Notes under the pieces: model-generated
Seen by the model: only the letters and a program-made list of their open reading frames with translations
The model's database searches: none
Told to the model about the DNA's origin: nothing
Program-made: the position numbers and the translations under genes
NCBI GenBank assembly: GCA_963758525.1
Contig: CAVWVQ010000003.1
Coordinates: 1,888,001-1,952,000, forward strand
Direction of reading: 5' to 3'
Source: an uncultured Phycisphaerales bacterium
GTDB lineage: Bacteria; Planctomycetota; Phycisphaerae; Tepidisphaerales; Tepidisphaeraceae
DNA length: 64,000 nt
In this document: piece by piece, positions 21,147 to 30,980 of the stretch
How the letters are laid out: every line of letters starts with the position of its first letter
Numbering within the stretch: the stretch's first letter is position 1

Positions 21147-21758
21147 TCACATCCCCGCGAAATTCGCAAGAATCTGCAGGCCGACCTTCTGGCTTTTCTC
21201 CGGGTGAAACTGGGTGGCAACGACATTCTCGCGCCAGACGCTGCTCACGAACGGCCGGCCGTAATCCGTTGTGGTTGCGATCACGTGCGCGTCGTCGGGG
21301 ACCACGTGATACCCGTGCACGAAATAAACGCCGCAGCCGGCCGGCAGATCTCGCAGGATCGGCGACGGCCGCCGGACGCTCAGCGTGTTCCAGCCCATGT
21401 GCGGGACTTTGAGATGCAGCGTCTGGTCCACGTCAAAACGAATGCACTTGCCGGGGAGCACGCCGAGTCCGCGGTGTTCGCCGTCCTCGTAGCCGGTCTC
21501 GAAAAGCATCTGCAATCCGAGGCAGATGCCGAGGAACGGCTTTCCTTTTTCAATGTGACGAAGAATCGGGGCGTCCAGCGAGCGATCGCGAAGGGTCGCA
21601 ATGGCATCCTGGAACGCGCCTACGCCCGGCAGCACGATGCGCTCGGCGGAGTCGATCTGCTCCGGCTCGGAAATAATCTGCGCGGGAATCCCCACCTGCT
21701 CGAATCCCTTCTGGACCGAGCGCAGGTTCGCCATTCCATAATCGACGATGCTGATCAT
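21147..21758 (-). CDS. hisH: Imidazole glycerol phosphate synthase glutaminase subunit
   Basis: [40 protein letters not shown]. Confidence 0.96.
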   Translation of the reverse strand: MISIVDYGMANLRSVQKGFEQVGIPAQIISEPEQIDSAERIVLPGVGAFQDAIATLRDRSLDAPILRHIEKGKPFLGICLGLQMLFETGYEDGEHRGLGVLPGKCIRFDVDQTLHLKVPHMGWNTLSVRRPSPILRDLPAGCGVYFVHGYHVVPDDAHVIATTTDYGRPFVSSVWRENVVATQFHPEKSQKVGLQILANFAGM

Positions 21759-22384
21759 CCGGTGATAACAACCACCTCGACACGGCGGGAGAGCGCTTTG
21801 GTGGCTTTTGGCTTGGTGTCGCCGTACCCCTTGGTGGTGATGCGCGAGCCGTCGATCCCGTGAGCGATCAGATAGTCGCTGACAGCGGTGGCGCGAGCAT
21901 CAGACAATTCCTTGTTGCTCTTCCAATGGCTATGCACGATCGGGTCGGTATCGGTATACCCTTCGATACGAACGGCCTTGCCGGCATATTGCTTCCTGAG
22001 GGCGGCCACCACCTTATCGAGCGAGCCTTTAGCCGAGTCTTTGATGACGTCGCGGCCCGAGTCAAAGAAAACATCGCCGGGCAGGCTGACCGTTGTGGTG
22101 CCGGCCTTGGCGTCTTCTGTCACAACCAGCGGCCCAAGATCGGGCTTGGTCGGCGGGGCCACCGGCGCTGGCGCCGGCGCCGGGACGGGCGCAGGAGGGG
22201 TTTGCACAACTGGCGCCGGAGCAGGCTGCGCTTCTCTGGCGCGCTGCGCCTCATCGAGTTGTGCCTGGAGTTCGACGTTCTGCCGATGCAGATCGCGGTT
22301 TTCATCCATGACTTTGTTGTCGCACCCCGCGACGAGGAACGTCAACAGCCCGAGCGTGCTCGAAGTAATCCACGGCCTTCCCAT
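21755..22384 (-). CDS. OmpA/MotB-domain lipoprotein
   Basis: Lipobox [32 protein letters not shown]. Confidence 0.88.
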   Translation of the reverse strand: MGRPWITSSTLGLLTFLVAGCDNKVMDENRDLHRQNVELQAQLDEAQRAREAQPAPAPVVQTPPAPVPAPAPAPVAPPTKPDLGPLVVTEDAKAGTTTVSLPGDVFFDSGRDVIKDSAKGSLDKVVAALRKQYAGKAVRIEGYTDTDPIVHSHWKSNKELSDARATAVSDYLIAHGIDGSRITTKGYGDTKPKATKALSRRVEVVVITG

Positions 22385-22433
22385 GATGAGTCCTTTCATT
22401 CTTGGGAGAATGCTAAAGGTAAACGCGCGCGCG

Positions 22434-22799
22434 TCAAGTATTGGGCGGGGCCGATGCATCCGCGCCAGGCGCCGCGGGCTTGGGACGAAGCATGGCGGCT
22501 TTGGCGCGCATCTCCGCCATCTCGCGCTCCAATCGGTCGGTGCGGCCCTTGGTCCGCAGATCGCGCACCTGACGGACCGTCCGGAGAGTCGTGCTGACCA
22601 GAACCGTAAACACGATCCCCGTAAGCACTGCATAGAGCGCAAAGAGCAGGATCGAAGTTTCCGCGGTCCTGTTGAACCAGAACCAGAACTTCACCGGCTC
22701 GGTGCTGTTCTTCGCCGTGAAGATCAGCACGTAAATCAGGATCGCGGCAACGAAACTGACCTTGCTCCAGATTTTAATTTTCAGCCAGAGGTTTCCCAT
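22434..22799 (-). CDS. Small membrane protein (LapA/DUF1049-like)
   Basis: Two TM helices, an NSTEPV motif and a coiled C-terminus. Confidence 0.65.
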   Translation of the reverse strand: MGNLWLKIKIWSKVSFVAAILIYVLIFTAKNSTEPVKFWFWFNRTAETSILLFALYAVLTGIVFTVLVSTTLRTVRQVRDLRTKGRTDRLEREMAEMRAKAAMLRPKPAAPGADASAPPNT

Positions 22800-22879
22800 A
22801 TCGCGCCTTCCAACCAACTCGCGCGAGGACGCGCTCGCGCAACGTTATATGCTTTCCTTTGGGCAGCCGCGCAACCCCT

Positions 22880-24136
22880 TCAGTGTCCCTGCATGCCCTG
22901 CTGCACCATTGTCACGAGCCAGTTCAGGGGGGCAAGGTAATCGGCAATCGGACAATAAAACAGCATCACGATCGCGGTGGCCAGGCTCAGGTAAGGCCCG
23001 TAGGGCAATTCGCGCTTGCCCCCAAACCAGAGATAGACGGCGAATGCCAGTCCGAACAGCGGCGCGAGGAAGAACGCAACCGTGGCCGCGCCAGCGCCCA
23101 GAACGGCGCCGACGCCGGCCATCAGGTCGACGTCGCCCATGCCCATCGCCTCGCGGCCAAAAAACATCGAGCCGGCGATGCGCGTGAACCAGACGACGAA
23201 TCCGCCAACCAAACCTCCCAGGATCGATCCCAGCAATCCGGAGATCCATTGAGTTTTCAGCAGTCCTTCCCACTGGCGGTGCAGCGGGCCGCCGCTCCAG
23301 GTCAACAGCATCCAGACGAACGCGAAGAACAGCGGCGGAATGAGGAACAGCATCTCCTTGCGAATCTCAGCGCGAATCTCCCGCGGCGAATATTCGCGCG
23401 GCTCGGGCGGCTGTGCCACACCTTGCGCCGTCGCGGCGTCAACCGCGCGGGCATGGTGAACTTTGTCTATCTCAAGCATCGGCCCCCCCTCGGCAAAGCT
23501 CAGCGGAAGTTTTCCAAGCCGCAACAGCAAAAGGCTGAGCAACAGTCCCAGCCCGCCCCCCGCCGCCAGCGCCGCTGGCAGCGGGCCGGCGTTGAGTGAA
23601 CCTGCAACCCTCGGCTCGTCAAACAACGTATGCACGACCACCGCGACGACGGCGAAGCCACCCTTCCAACTCCAGATGATCTCCGGCGGGATGATGAATA
23701 ACTCGGCATCGATCAGGCTCGCGGCCAGCAGCGCAGCGAGCAGGTACAGATAGAGAGCGAAGTGCGGCCAGGTGACGAGAAACGACCGGCCTCCCTCCGA
23801 CCTCGCGCAAAATCCAAGCCGCCATTCCGGCGGCGTCAGATAGAACAACAGGTAGTACAGGACGAACAATCCCGCCGTCAGCGCTTCGACGACCGGATAG
23901 CGCGCGGAGATCAGCGTGCTGCAATATCGGCACCTTCCCCGTAACTTGATCCACGCGAAAATGGGGATGTTGTCGTACCACTGCAACGGCGTGTTGCATT
24001 TTGGGCAATGCGATCCCGGAAAAATTAGCGATTCATTGCGCGGCAATCGCCAGATCACCACATTTAGAAAGCTGCCGACGCACGCGCCGAACATGAACAG
24101 GAACAGCAGTATCGTCAGGTGCAATTGAAGGGTCAT
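22880..24136 (-). CDS. pilD: Prepilin peptidase (A24)
   Basis: GSFLNVVIWRLP, SHCPKC...NIPI...GRCRYC, IDAE, MGMGDVDL, PYGPYL. Confidence 0.92.
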   Translation of the reverse strand: MTLQLHLTILLFLFMFGACVGSFLNVVIWRLPRNESLIFPGSHCPKCNTPLQWYDNIPIFAWIKLRGRCRYCSTLISARYPVVEALTAGLFVLYYLLFYLTPPEWRLGFCARSEGGRSFLVTWPHFALYLYLLAALLAASLIDAELFIIPPEIIWSWKGGFAVVAVVVHTLFDEPRVAGSLNAGPLPAALAAGGGLGLLLSLLLLRLGKLPLSFAEGGPMLEIDKVHHARAVDAATAQGVAQPPEPREYSPREIRAEIRKEMLFLIPPLFFAFVWMLLTWSGGPLHRQWEGLLKTQWISGLLGSILGGLVGGFVVWFTRIAGSMFFGREAMGMGDVDLMAGVGAVLGAGAATVAFFLAPLFGLAFAVYLWFGGKRELPYGPYLSLATAIVMLFYCPIADYLAPLNWLVTMVQQGMQGH

Positions 24137-24648
24137 GAAGCTCCGATGATGCGATCGACGACTTGCGCGGGGGAAAGATGCGTGACGTCGATCTCTTCGG
24201 TCATAACTGAACGATAGATCGGCTCGCGCCGGGCCAGAACAGTCCTGATTTCGTCGATCCCGCCGTCGAACTGCGTCAGCGCCGGCCGCATGGCCGCAGT
24301 TTGGGAATCGGCACGGATTCGTCGCAAGAGCTCATCGGATTCGCAGCGCAAGTAGATTATGCGGTGCCCGCCGCCCGCGAAGAGCCTGCGGTTCTCTTCC
24401 GATTCGATCGCCCCGCCGCCAACAGAGAGTACGTGATCGAGTTTTGAGAGAACCTGCTGGAGTACCGCGGACTCATGCTCGCGGAAAACCCGCTCGCCGT
24501 CTTTCTCGAAAATCTCTCGAATGGTTTTACGCGCGCGGGCGACAACCAGCTCGTCGGCGTCAATGAACTGCTGACCAAGTCGCTCGCCGAGCTTTCGCCC
24601 GACGGTTGTCTTGCCGCTGCCGCGATAACCGATCAGGACCACGCCCAT
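24133..24648 (-). CDS. aroK: Shikimate kinase
   Basis: GYRGSGKTTVG, IFEKDGERVFR, VGGG, RP.L, R.PIY. Confidence 0.92.
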   Translation of the reverse strand: MGVVLIGYRGSGKTTVGRKLGERLGQQFIDADELVVARARKTIREIFEKDGERVFREHESAVLQQVLSKLDHVLSVGGGAIESEENRRLFAGGGHRIIYLRCESDELLRRIRADSQTAAMRPALTQFDGGIDEIRTVLARREPIYRSVMTEEIDVTHLSPAQVVDRIIGAS

Positions 24649-24654
24649 GGAGGC

Positions 24655-24809
24655 ATTATCGACAATATCCAGCGGTTGTCAGCGAAAGGATGATCGGAAG
24701 ACGTGACCTTCGGATCACCTGTCAAATAATGCGTCCCACAATCCGGCCAAGTCCGCAGATAGGCTTTCCTCGCCGCGATCCCTGACATCCAACGCAAGAT
24801 CGTTATAAT
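24655..24809. promoter_or_regulatory. Divergent sigma70-type promoters for aroK (-) and pyrH (+)
   Basis: + strand CTGACA(24782)-16 nt-TATAAT(24804). - strand CTGACA-16 nt-GATAAT(24660-24655). Confidence 0.6.
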
Positions 24810-24818
24810 CACCCTCCT

Positions 24819-25550
24819 ATGGCTCACGAAGGCAAATCGGTCTACAAGCGCGTTCTTCTGAAAATCAGCGGCGAAGGGTTCTGCGAAGAAGGCGGCTTCG
24901 GAATCGAAGCGGGACAATTGGAAAACATCGCCCAGCAATGCGTGGACGTCGCCAAGATGGGCGTGGAACTGGCGATCGTGGTCGGCGGAGGCAACTTTAT
25001 CCGCGGCGCGACATTCGCCGAGGATGGGCACATCCCGCGAGCCACGGCTGACTACATGGGCATGCTCGCAACGGTGCTGAACGCAGTCGCTCTGCAGGAG
25101 ACCATGGAGAAGCTGGGACAGCCGACGCGCGTGCAGTCGGCCATCAGCGTCTACAGCGTCTGCGAGCCGTTCATCCGTCGGCGCGCGGTGCGTCACCTGG
25201 AGAAGGGTCGGGCGGTGATTCTGGCGGCGGGAACGGGCAACCCGTTCTTTACGACCGACACGTGCGCGGCGCTGCGGGCGACGGAGATTGCCGCGGACGT
25301 CTTGCTCAAGGCCACCAAAGTGGACGGAATTTATTCATCCGATCCAAAGAAGGACAAGAACGCCACGCTGTATCACAACATTTCGTATGAGGAGATGCAC
25401 CAGAAGCAATTGCGCGTGATGGATCTGACCGCGGTGACGCTCTGCATGGAGCAGAAGATCCCGCTGGTCGTCTTCAACCTCAAGGTGCCCGGGAACATCG
25501 CGCGTGTCATGCGTGGCGAGAAGATCGGCACTAAAATCGTTCCTTCGTGA
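24819..25550 (+). CDS. pyrH: UMP kinase
   Basis: YKRVLLKISGE, VGGGNFIRG, ADYMGMLAT, GNPFFTTD, VMDLTA. Confidence 0.97.
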   Translation: MAHEGKSVYKRVLLKISGEGFCEEGGFGIEAGQLENIAQQCVDVAKMGVELAIVVGGGNFIRGATFAEDGHIPRATADYMGMLATVLNAVALQETMEKLGQPTRVQSAISVYSVCEPFIRRRAVRHLEKGRAVILAAGTGNPFFTTDTCAALRATEIAADVLLKATKVDGIYSSDPKKDKNATLYHNISYEEMHQKQLRVMDLTAVTLCMEQKIPLVVFNLKVPGNIARVMRGEKIGTKIVPS

Positions 25551-25559
25551 AAGGGCTGC

Positions 25560-26120
25560 ATGCCAAGCGACGACATTCTGCTGGATTGTGAAGAGGCGAT
25601 GGACAAGACGCTGGACCATCTGCGCCACGAGCTGCGCGGTTTGCGCACCGGACGGGCCACCCCGGCGCTGGTGGAGAACATCAAGGTGGATTATTACGGC
25701 ACGCCGACGGAGCTGCGCTCCATCTCGGCCATCAGCGTTCCTGAGGCCACCCAGATTCTCATCAAGCCTTTCAGTCCCGGCGATCTCAAGGCGATCGAAA
25801 AGGCCATCAGCGACAGCAAGCTGGGGCTTACGCCTCACAGCGATGGCAAGCAGTTGCGGCTGATGCTTCCCGCGTTATCGCAGGAGCGGCGTCAGCAACT
25901 CGCGGGTCAGGCGAAGGGATTCGGCGAGGAAGCCAAAATTCGCATTCGCAATGCTCGACGCGATGCCAACAAGCTCACGGATGCCGAAGGCAAGGGGGGC
26001 CTGATGACCGAAGACGAAACCACTGCGACGAAGGATCAGATTCAGGAACTGACCAAGACTTACGAGGGGAAGGTCGACGAAGTGCTGGAGCACAAGAAGA
26101 AAGAGATCATGGCCGTTTGA
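25560..26120 (+). CDS. frr: Ribosome recycling factor
   Basis: LRTGRATPALV, VDYYG, IRNARRDAN. Follows pyrH. Confidence 0.97.
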   Translation: MPSDDILLDCEEAMDKTLDHLRHELRGLRTGRATPALVENIKVDYYGTPTELRSISAISVPEATQILIKPFSPGDLKAIEKAISDSKLGLTPHSDGKQLRLMLPALSQERRQQLAGQAKGFGEEAKIRIRNARRDANKLTDAEGKGGLMTEDETTATKDQIQELTKTYEGKVDEVLEHKKKEIMAV

Positions 26121-26941
26121 ACTCGCGCGGCAGCGGAAGTTCAAACGTCATCGGGCGGCCGCTGCGGGGGTGGACGATTGCCAGACGCCGGGCGATCAAC
26201 AGAAGTCGCTGGGACTTGGAGTTCTCCGGGCCATACAGAACATCGCCGATGATCGGATTCCCCCGTTCTTTGAGATGCACGCGGATCTGATGTTTCTTTC
26301 CGGTCTGAAGCGTCACGCGTACGAGCGATCGATCTGCCCGGCTCTCAACCACCTCATAATCCGTGACGGCGAGCTCGCCCCGGCCGCGCTGACGCGTGGA
26401 ATAAACGCTCCCATCGGCGCGCTCCACGAGATGTGAAGAGATCCGCTCCGCACCCCGCGCCGGCGTGCCGTGCACAACGGCGGCGTATTCGCGCAAGACC
26501 GTATGTTCAAAAAACTGGGCTTTGAGCGAGCGGTACGCGTGATCGTTCTTCGAGAAGATCAGCAGACCCGATGCATCACGATCGAGCCGATGAATCAACC
26601 CGACGCGCGCACGCGGCTCGGCGTCCGCCAGACACCGTTGCACCCGCGCCAGCAGCGTCGGCCTGCGTTCATTTGGAACAGTGCTTGTCAGCAGGCCGGG
26701 CGGCTTGTTGACTACCAGCACGTCGTCGTCTTCATATACAACGTCGATCTCATCACCCGCTGACTTCGCACGCGAAGTGGAGGAGACGACTTCAACAGTG
26801 GTTTCGGGGAAAATCTGCTGCTGAACGCTCCTGGCCGGCGCCCCCCACCATCACCCGCCGAGCCTGAACCATACGGCGAAGGGTTTGCCGCTTCGCGCTG
26901 GGATAGTGCCGAATGAGCCAATCGAGCAGCGATTCAGGCAT
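26107..26941 (-). CDS. RluA-family pseudouridine synthase (frameshift ~26840)
   Basis: VNKPPGLL, HRLDRDASG, TGKKHQIRVH, IIGDVLYG. The N-terminal part is in ORF 26792..26980. Confidence 0.88.
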
Positions 26942-26953
26942 AACGGACCGAGC

Positions 26954-26991
26954 AAATAGAAAAGCCCCGGCGCCACCCACGGCACCGGGGC
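26954..26991 (-). terminator. Intrinsic terminator (minus strand)
   Basis: GCCCCGGTGCC-gtgggt-GGCGCCGGGGC followed by TTTTCTATTT. Confidence 0.65.
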
Positions 26992-27315
26992 CTCAAAACA
27001 AAGCTGCTCAGGCGGTTTTGTCCGCCGAAACAGTCGCCTCTGGCTGGGGCATGCCATCTTCGGGCACACGCGGCAGCCCTCTTCCCTCTCTTACCCAACT
27101 ATCGGGGACTATTTTGGAAAAGCTTGAGCCCGCGGCAACCCGAATCTGGAACATCAAACGTGGTTTCTGGTGTAATAGACGCGACTGCGGAAAATTGTTA
27201 ACTCAGCAGGAGGGCAAAATGTGAAACTGGGGAACATTATTCTCGAAGAAATGTTTCCGGAGTCGCCGAAGTAGGGTATTGCCGTGGGGACCATTCGCGA
27301 GGAAGTGTCATCGAC

Positions 27316-27537
27316 ATGATTGATCGGCTGCTCAGTACCGGACTCAGGCTTACCATCGTGTCACTCGCGGGCGGTGTCGCCGCGGGATCGGTCGCATTGG
27401 GGTATTGGGGACTCCTGCAGACGGTGCAGGGAAAGATGGTTTCGGGGCCGATTGATATTGGGCTCGGCGTTGGATTGGGCGTCGGCTCGTGGCTGTTGGC
27501 AAAAAATCGCAACGATTTGGCAGATTGTCAGCGGTAA
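27316..27537 (+). CDS. Small two-TM membrane protein
   Basis: 73 aa, two hydrophobic segments, GAGG RBS. Confidence 0.6.
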   Translation: MIDRLLSTGLRLTIVSLAGGVAAGSVALGYWGLLQTVQGKMVSGPIDIGLGVGLGVGSWLLAKNRNDLADCQR

Positions 27538-28226
27538 CTGCTGGCCGGCTGAGCCGCGCGGGCGGCCATCATCAGCCGTTGCATCAGCCGGGATTTGACT
27601 TCGGCAGCATCGAACCGGCGGGTCGTCAATTGCACCGCCCGCAATCCTCGCGTGGTGCTCAGCACAAATCCCGCGTGCGGCAGAATCTCCCGCCATCGCG
27701 GATCCTCGGTCTGTGTCGTCGTCAGCAGCGGTTCAACCCATTCCTCCGGGACGCTGAACGCGCGCAGCCGCACCGATCGCTGCAGACCCAGATTCGAGTC
27801 GAGGCAGAGTTCAGAGCAGGCTTGGGGCGACGGCTGAATGCGGACGCTGCCAACAATTTCCAACGGCGGTGTATCCACCTTGCACGCTTCGGAAATACAA
27901 AAGCGCCCGGTCAGATCAGGCTCGGTCAGATGCGTGAAAGCAGGAAGCAACTCGCGGGCAGTCAAGGGCCCGTCGAGACGGATCACCACCTCTTCCCCTG
28001 GCTCGCGCATCGCCGCGATGGCGTGCGGCAGTGCCATGCGCAGCTGCTTCTGACGGAAGCCCTCATCCAGCGACTGGCTCTGTTCATCGCGATCGAGAAT
28101 CAGAAATTCGAAGATGCGCGTGTCGGAAGGCCAGGTGTACCAGAGCGGCCCCAACATTCCCTGCGAAGCCCAGTTCGACTCCTGCTCTGCGCGGCCCACG
28201 TCGAGCTGATTGATCCTCACAATCAC
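27528..28226 (-). CDS. Hypothetical protein
   Basis: 232-aa ORF coupled (GTGA overlap) to the upstream gene. Confidence 0.7.
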   Translation of the reverse strand: MIVRINQLDVGRAEQESNWASQGMLGPLWYTWPSDTRIFEFLILDRDEQSQSLDEGFRQKQLRMALPHAIAAMREPGEEVVIRLDGPLTARELLPAFTHLTEPDLTGRFCISEACKVDTPPLEIVGSVRIQPSPQACSELCLDSNLGLQRSVRLRAFSVPEEWVEPLLTTTQTEDPRWREILPHAGFVLSTTRGLRAVQLTTRRFDAAEVKSRLMQRLMMAARAAQPASSYR

Positions 28227-28636
28227 TTGATCTCGATCCTCGCACCAGGCTGGGCAACCACGTTGACCATGACACCGACCGAGATTCCCCCGTTGGCCAA
28301 ATCGAACGCCGAGTCATCCGTCGGAAATTCCACCACGATCGGCGTTCCCGCCTGCACGACCATCGACTGCTGATCCAGTGCCCGCACCCGCCCCTGAATC
28401 GTGCGCGGCGTACCCAGAATCGGCGCGATGAAATTGCCGCCGCTGGGGACCGTCCAGATCTTCCGTGCCATCACCCGGATCACCGCCTTCACCGGCACAT
28501 TGAGCGTTCCGTCGTACGGCCTGGATACCAGATGCAGCTCGTAGTTCGTGCCAGTGGGGCTGAAAATCACCACGCCGTCACGTTGTGAGGTGATTTTTCC
28601 CGATGCCATGAGATCCGAAGTCGCCGCTGTCGTCAT
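28223..28636 (-). CDS. Hypothetical beta-rich protein
   Basis: ~137-aa ORF with a GGAG RBS and protein-like composition. Confidence 0.7.
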   Translation of the reverse strand: MTTAATSDLMASGKITSQRDGVVIFSPTGTNYELHLVSRPYDGTLNVPVKAVIRVMARKIWTVPSGGNFIAPILGTPRTIQGRVRALDQQSMVVQAGTPIVVEFPTDDSAFDLANGGISVGVMVNVVAQPGARIEIK

Positions 28637-28793
28637 GATTGCTGCTCCGTGGAGTTGAGCGAGCAATGTATCCGCAGGGGGCGGGGATGGGAATAAGCCT
28701 TGTCAAAGCTTGCCGGACGTGCGCATGAAAATGGCGGAGCAATCACGCTCCGCCTGCTCTTCTGGGAAGGAGCGCAACATGAGCCTCCACTGC

Positions 28794-30829
28794 TCAGCTC
28801 CACATCGCGGATATCTTCCGCCGAATCTCACCTGCCAACGGCGTGGTCGCTGTAGGTTCCACCTCAGCCACCAGCGGTGAGAGCGTCACCCGCTCAAAAC
28901 GATCCAGGATGTCTTTTGAGAGAAATCGCGACATTTGGGCATACGAATGGCGATCGCTCATGCCGGATTTCTTCTGGTAGTAACGCAGGGGAAAGCAAAC
29001 TTCCAAAAAATCGCGGGCGCGCGTCAGCGCGACGTAGAAGAGCCGGCGTTCTTCCTCGATCTGCTCGTCCGAGCCAGTCGCCATGTCAGAGGGAATGTTG
29101 CCGTCGGCGGCATGGATCACGTAGACGGCATCCCATTCGCACCCCTTGGCCGAGTGAATCGTCGAGAGAATCAGGTAATCCTCTTCGCGCAGCGGTGGGC
29201 CGGCATGGTCCTGCGTGGAGGCGGGCGGATCGAGCGTCAGATCGGTCAGCATCTGCGATCGCGAGCGGAAATTCCCCGCGATGTGCGAGAGCTGATCGAC
29301 GTCGCAGGCGCGCTGCGGCGCCTGGTCGTACCGCCGTTCGAGAATCGGAACGTAGAACGCGCGAACCTGCGCGACCTGTTCCGGCAGCGGCATCGCATCG
29401 GGCGCCAGATCAGTCAATAGCTTCACGAATGGGCCCCATTGCGCCGATGCCGCCGGCGGCGGTTCGTAGCCGATCCACGACTTGAGGTCGTGCTGAGATT
29501 CCTGCAGGTGAGCGATCGCACGACGGGCGTGTGACGGTCCGACGCCATCGAGCAACTGCAGGACGCGCAGTGCGCTGGTGGAATCGCGGGGATTTTCCAC
29601 GAGGCGCAAAATCGCCAGCACGTCTTTCACGTGGGCCGCTTCGAGGAACTTCAGGCCGCCATATTTCACGAACGGAATGTTCCGCCGGCCCAGCTCGACT
29701 TCGAGCGCATCGCTGTGATGGGCCGCCCGAAACAGCACGGCCTGGCGTCGCAACGGAATGCCGGCTTCCAAATGCTCCAGGCATCGGCCGATCAGGTAAT
29801 CGCTCTGCTGCTGTTCGTCGATCAGCGTCACCAGCCGAGGCTTCTGTCTGCTCGACCGCTCGGAATACAGTTCTTTGTTGTAGCGATGCACGCACTGCGC
29901 GATCACCGCATTGGTTGCATCGAGAATCGGCTGCACGCTGCGATAATTCCGCTCCAGCTTCACCACCGTCGCGGCTGGAAAAGTTTGGCAGAAATTCAGA
30001 ATGTTGTGAACGGTGGCCGCGCAAATGAGTAAATGCTCTGCGCGTCGTCGCCGACGACGGTCAGCCCTTTTCCGCCCGGACAGAGCCGCGGCAGGATCGA
30101 CGCCTGAAGAGCGTTGGTGTCTTGATATTCATCGACGAGGACGGCGTCGAACCGGCGCCCAACCTCCTGCGCCAGCAGTTCATCTTCCATCAGGTGATGC
30201 CAATAGAGCAGGAGATCATCATAATCGAGCACGCTCTGCTGCTGTTTGCGTTCGACGTACGCCCGGAAGAGTTGCTTGAGCTGCTCGGGATAACTCATGC
30301 ACCAGGGAAAGCTCGACTTGAGCGCCACGTCCACCGGTTCCTGCGCATTGACGCACCGGCTGTAGATCGACAGGCACGTTGCCTTTCGCGGGAAGCGTAC
30401 TTCTCCCTGATCGAGCTGCAGCTCGCCGCGCAGTTCGTTGAGCAGGTCTTCGGCATCAGTCCGATCCGCGACGGTAAAGTTCTCCGCGATTCCCACCGAT
30501 CGCGCATGCAGCCGCAGCAATCGATTCGCCACGGCGTGAAAAGTGCCGCTCCAGATCTGGCTCGCCGCTGCCGATGCGCCGCGCAATCCGCTGGCGCCGC
30601 GCACAATATTTTCGACGCGTCGCGTCATTTCCGCAGCCGCGCGACGCGTGAAAGTCAGAAGGAGAATTCGTCCCGGGCTGACGCCGGTGGAAAGCAGATA
30701 TGCCACGCGATGGGCAAGGGCGTTGGTTTTTCCGGTGCCTGCCCCGGCAATGATCAGAAGCGGGCCGCCAGCGAAGATCGCAGCGGTTCGCTGTTGTTCG
30801 TTGAGTGATTCCAACCAGTTCGCATCCAT
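28794..30829 (-). CDS. UvrD/PcrA-family ATP-dependent helicase (frameshift ~30015)
   Basis: LNEQQ, AGAGTGKT, VDEYQDTN, VGDDAQSIY, LERNYRS, TIHSAKGCEW, EERRLFYVALTRA. Confidence 0.93.
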
Positions 30830-30980
30830 GCGAAACGCTCCGTCCATGAGCCACATTCAGTTTTTCGTTCGCCCCTTACGACAGCCGAACATGTTACCAG
30901 AAATGTTTGTCGGGATGCAGGCGCAGGACAGGCCCGGCTGAAATGTGGTGACGGCCGCCGCCTCAGTCATTACGCGCCCG

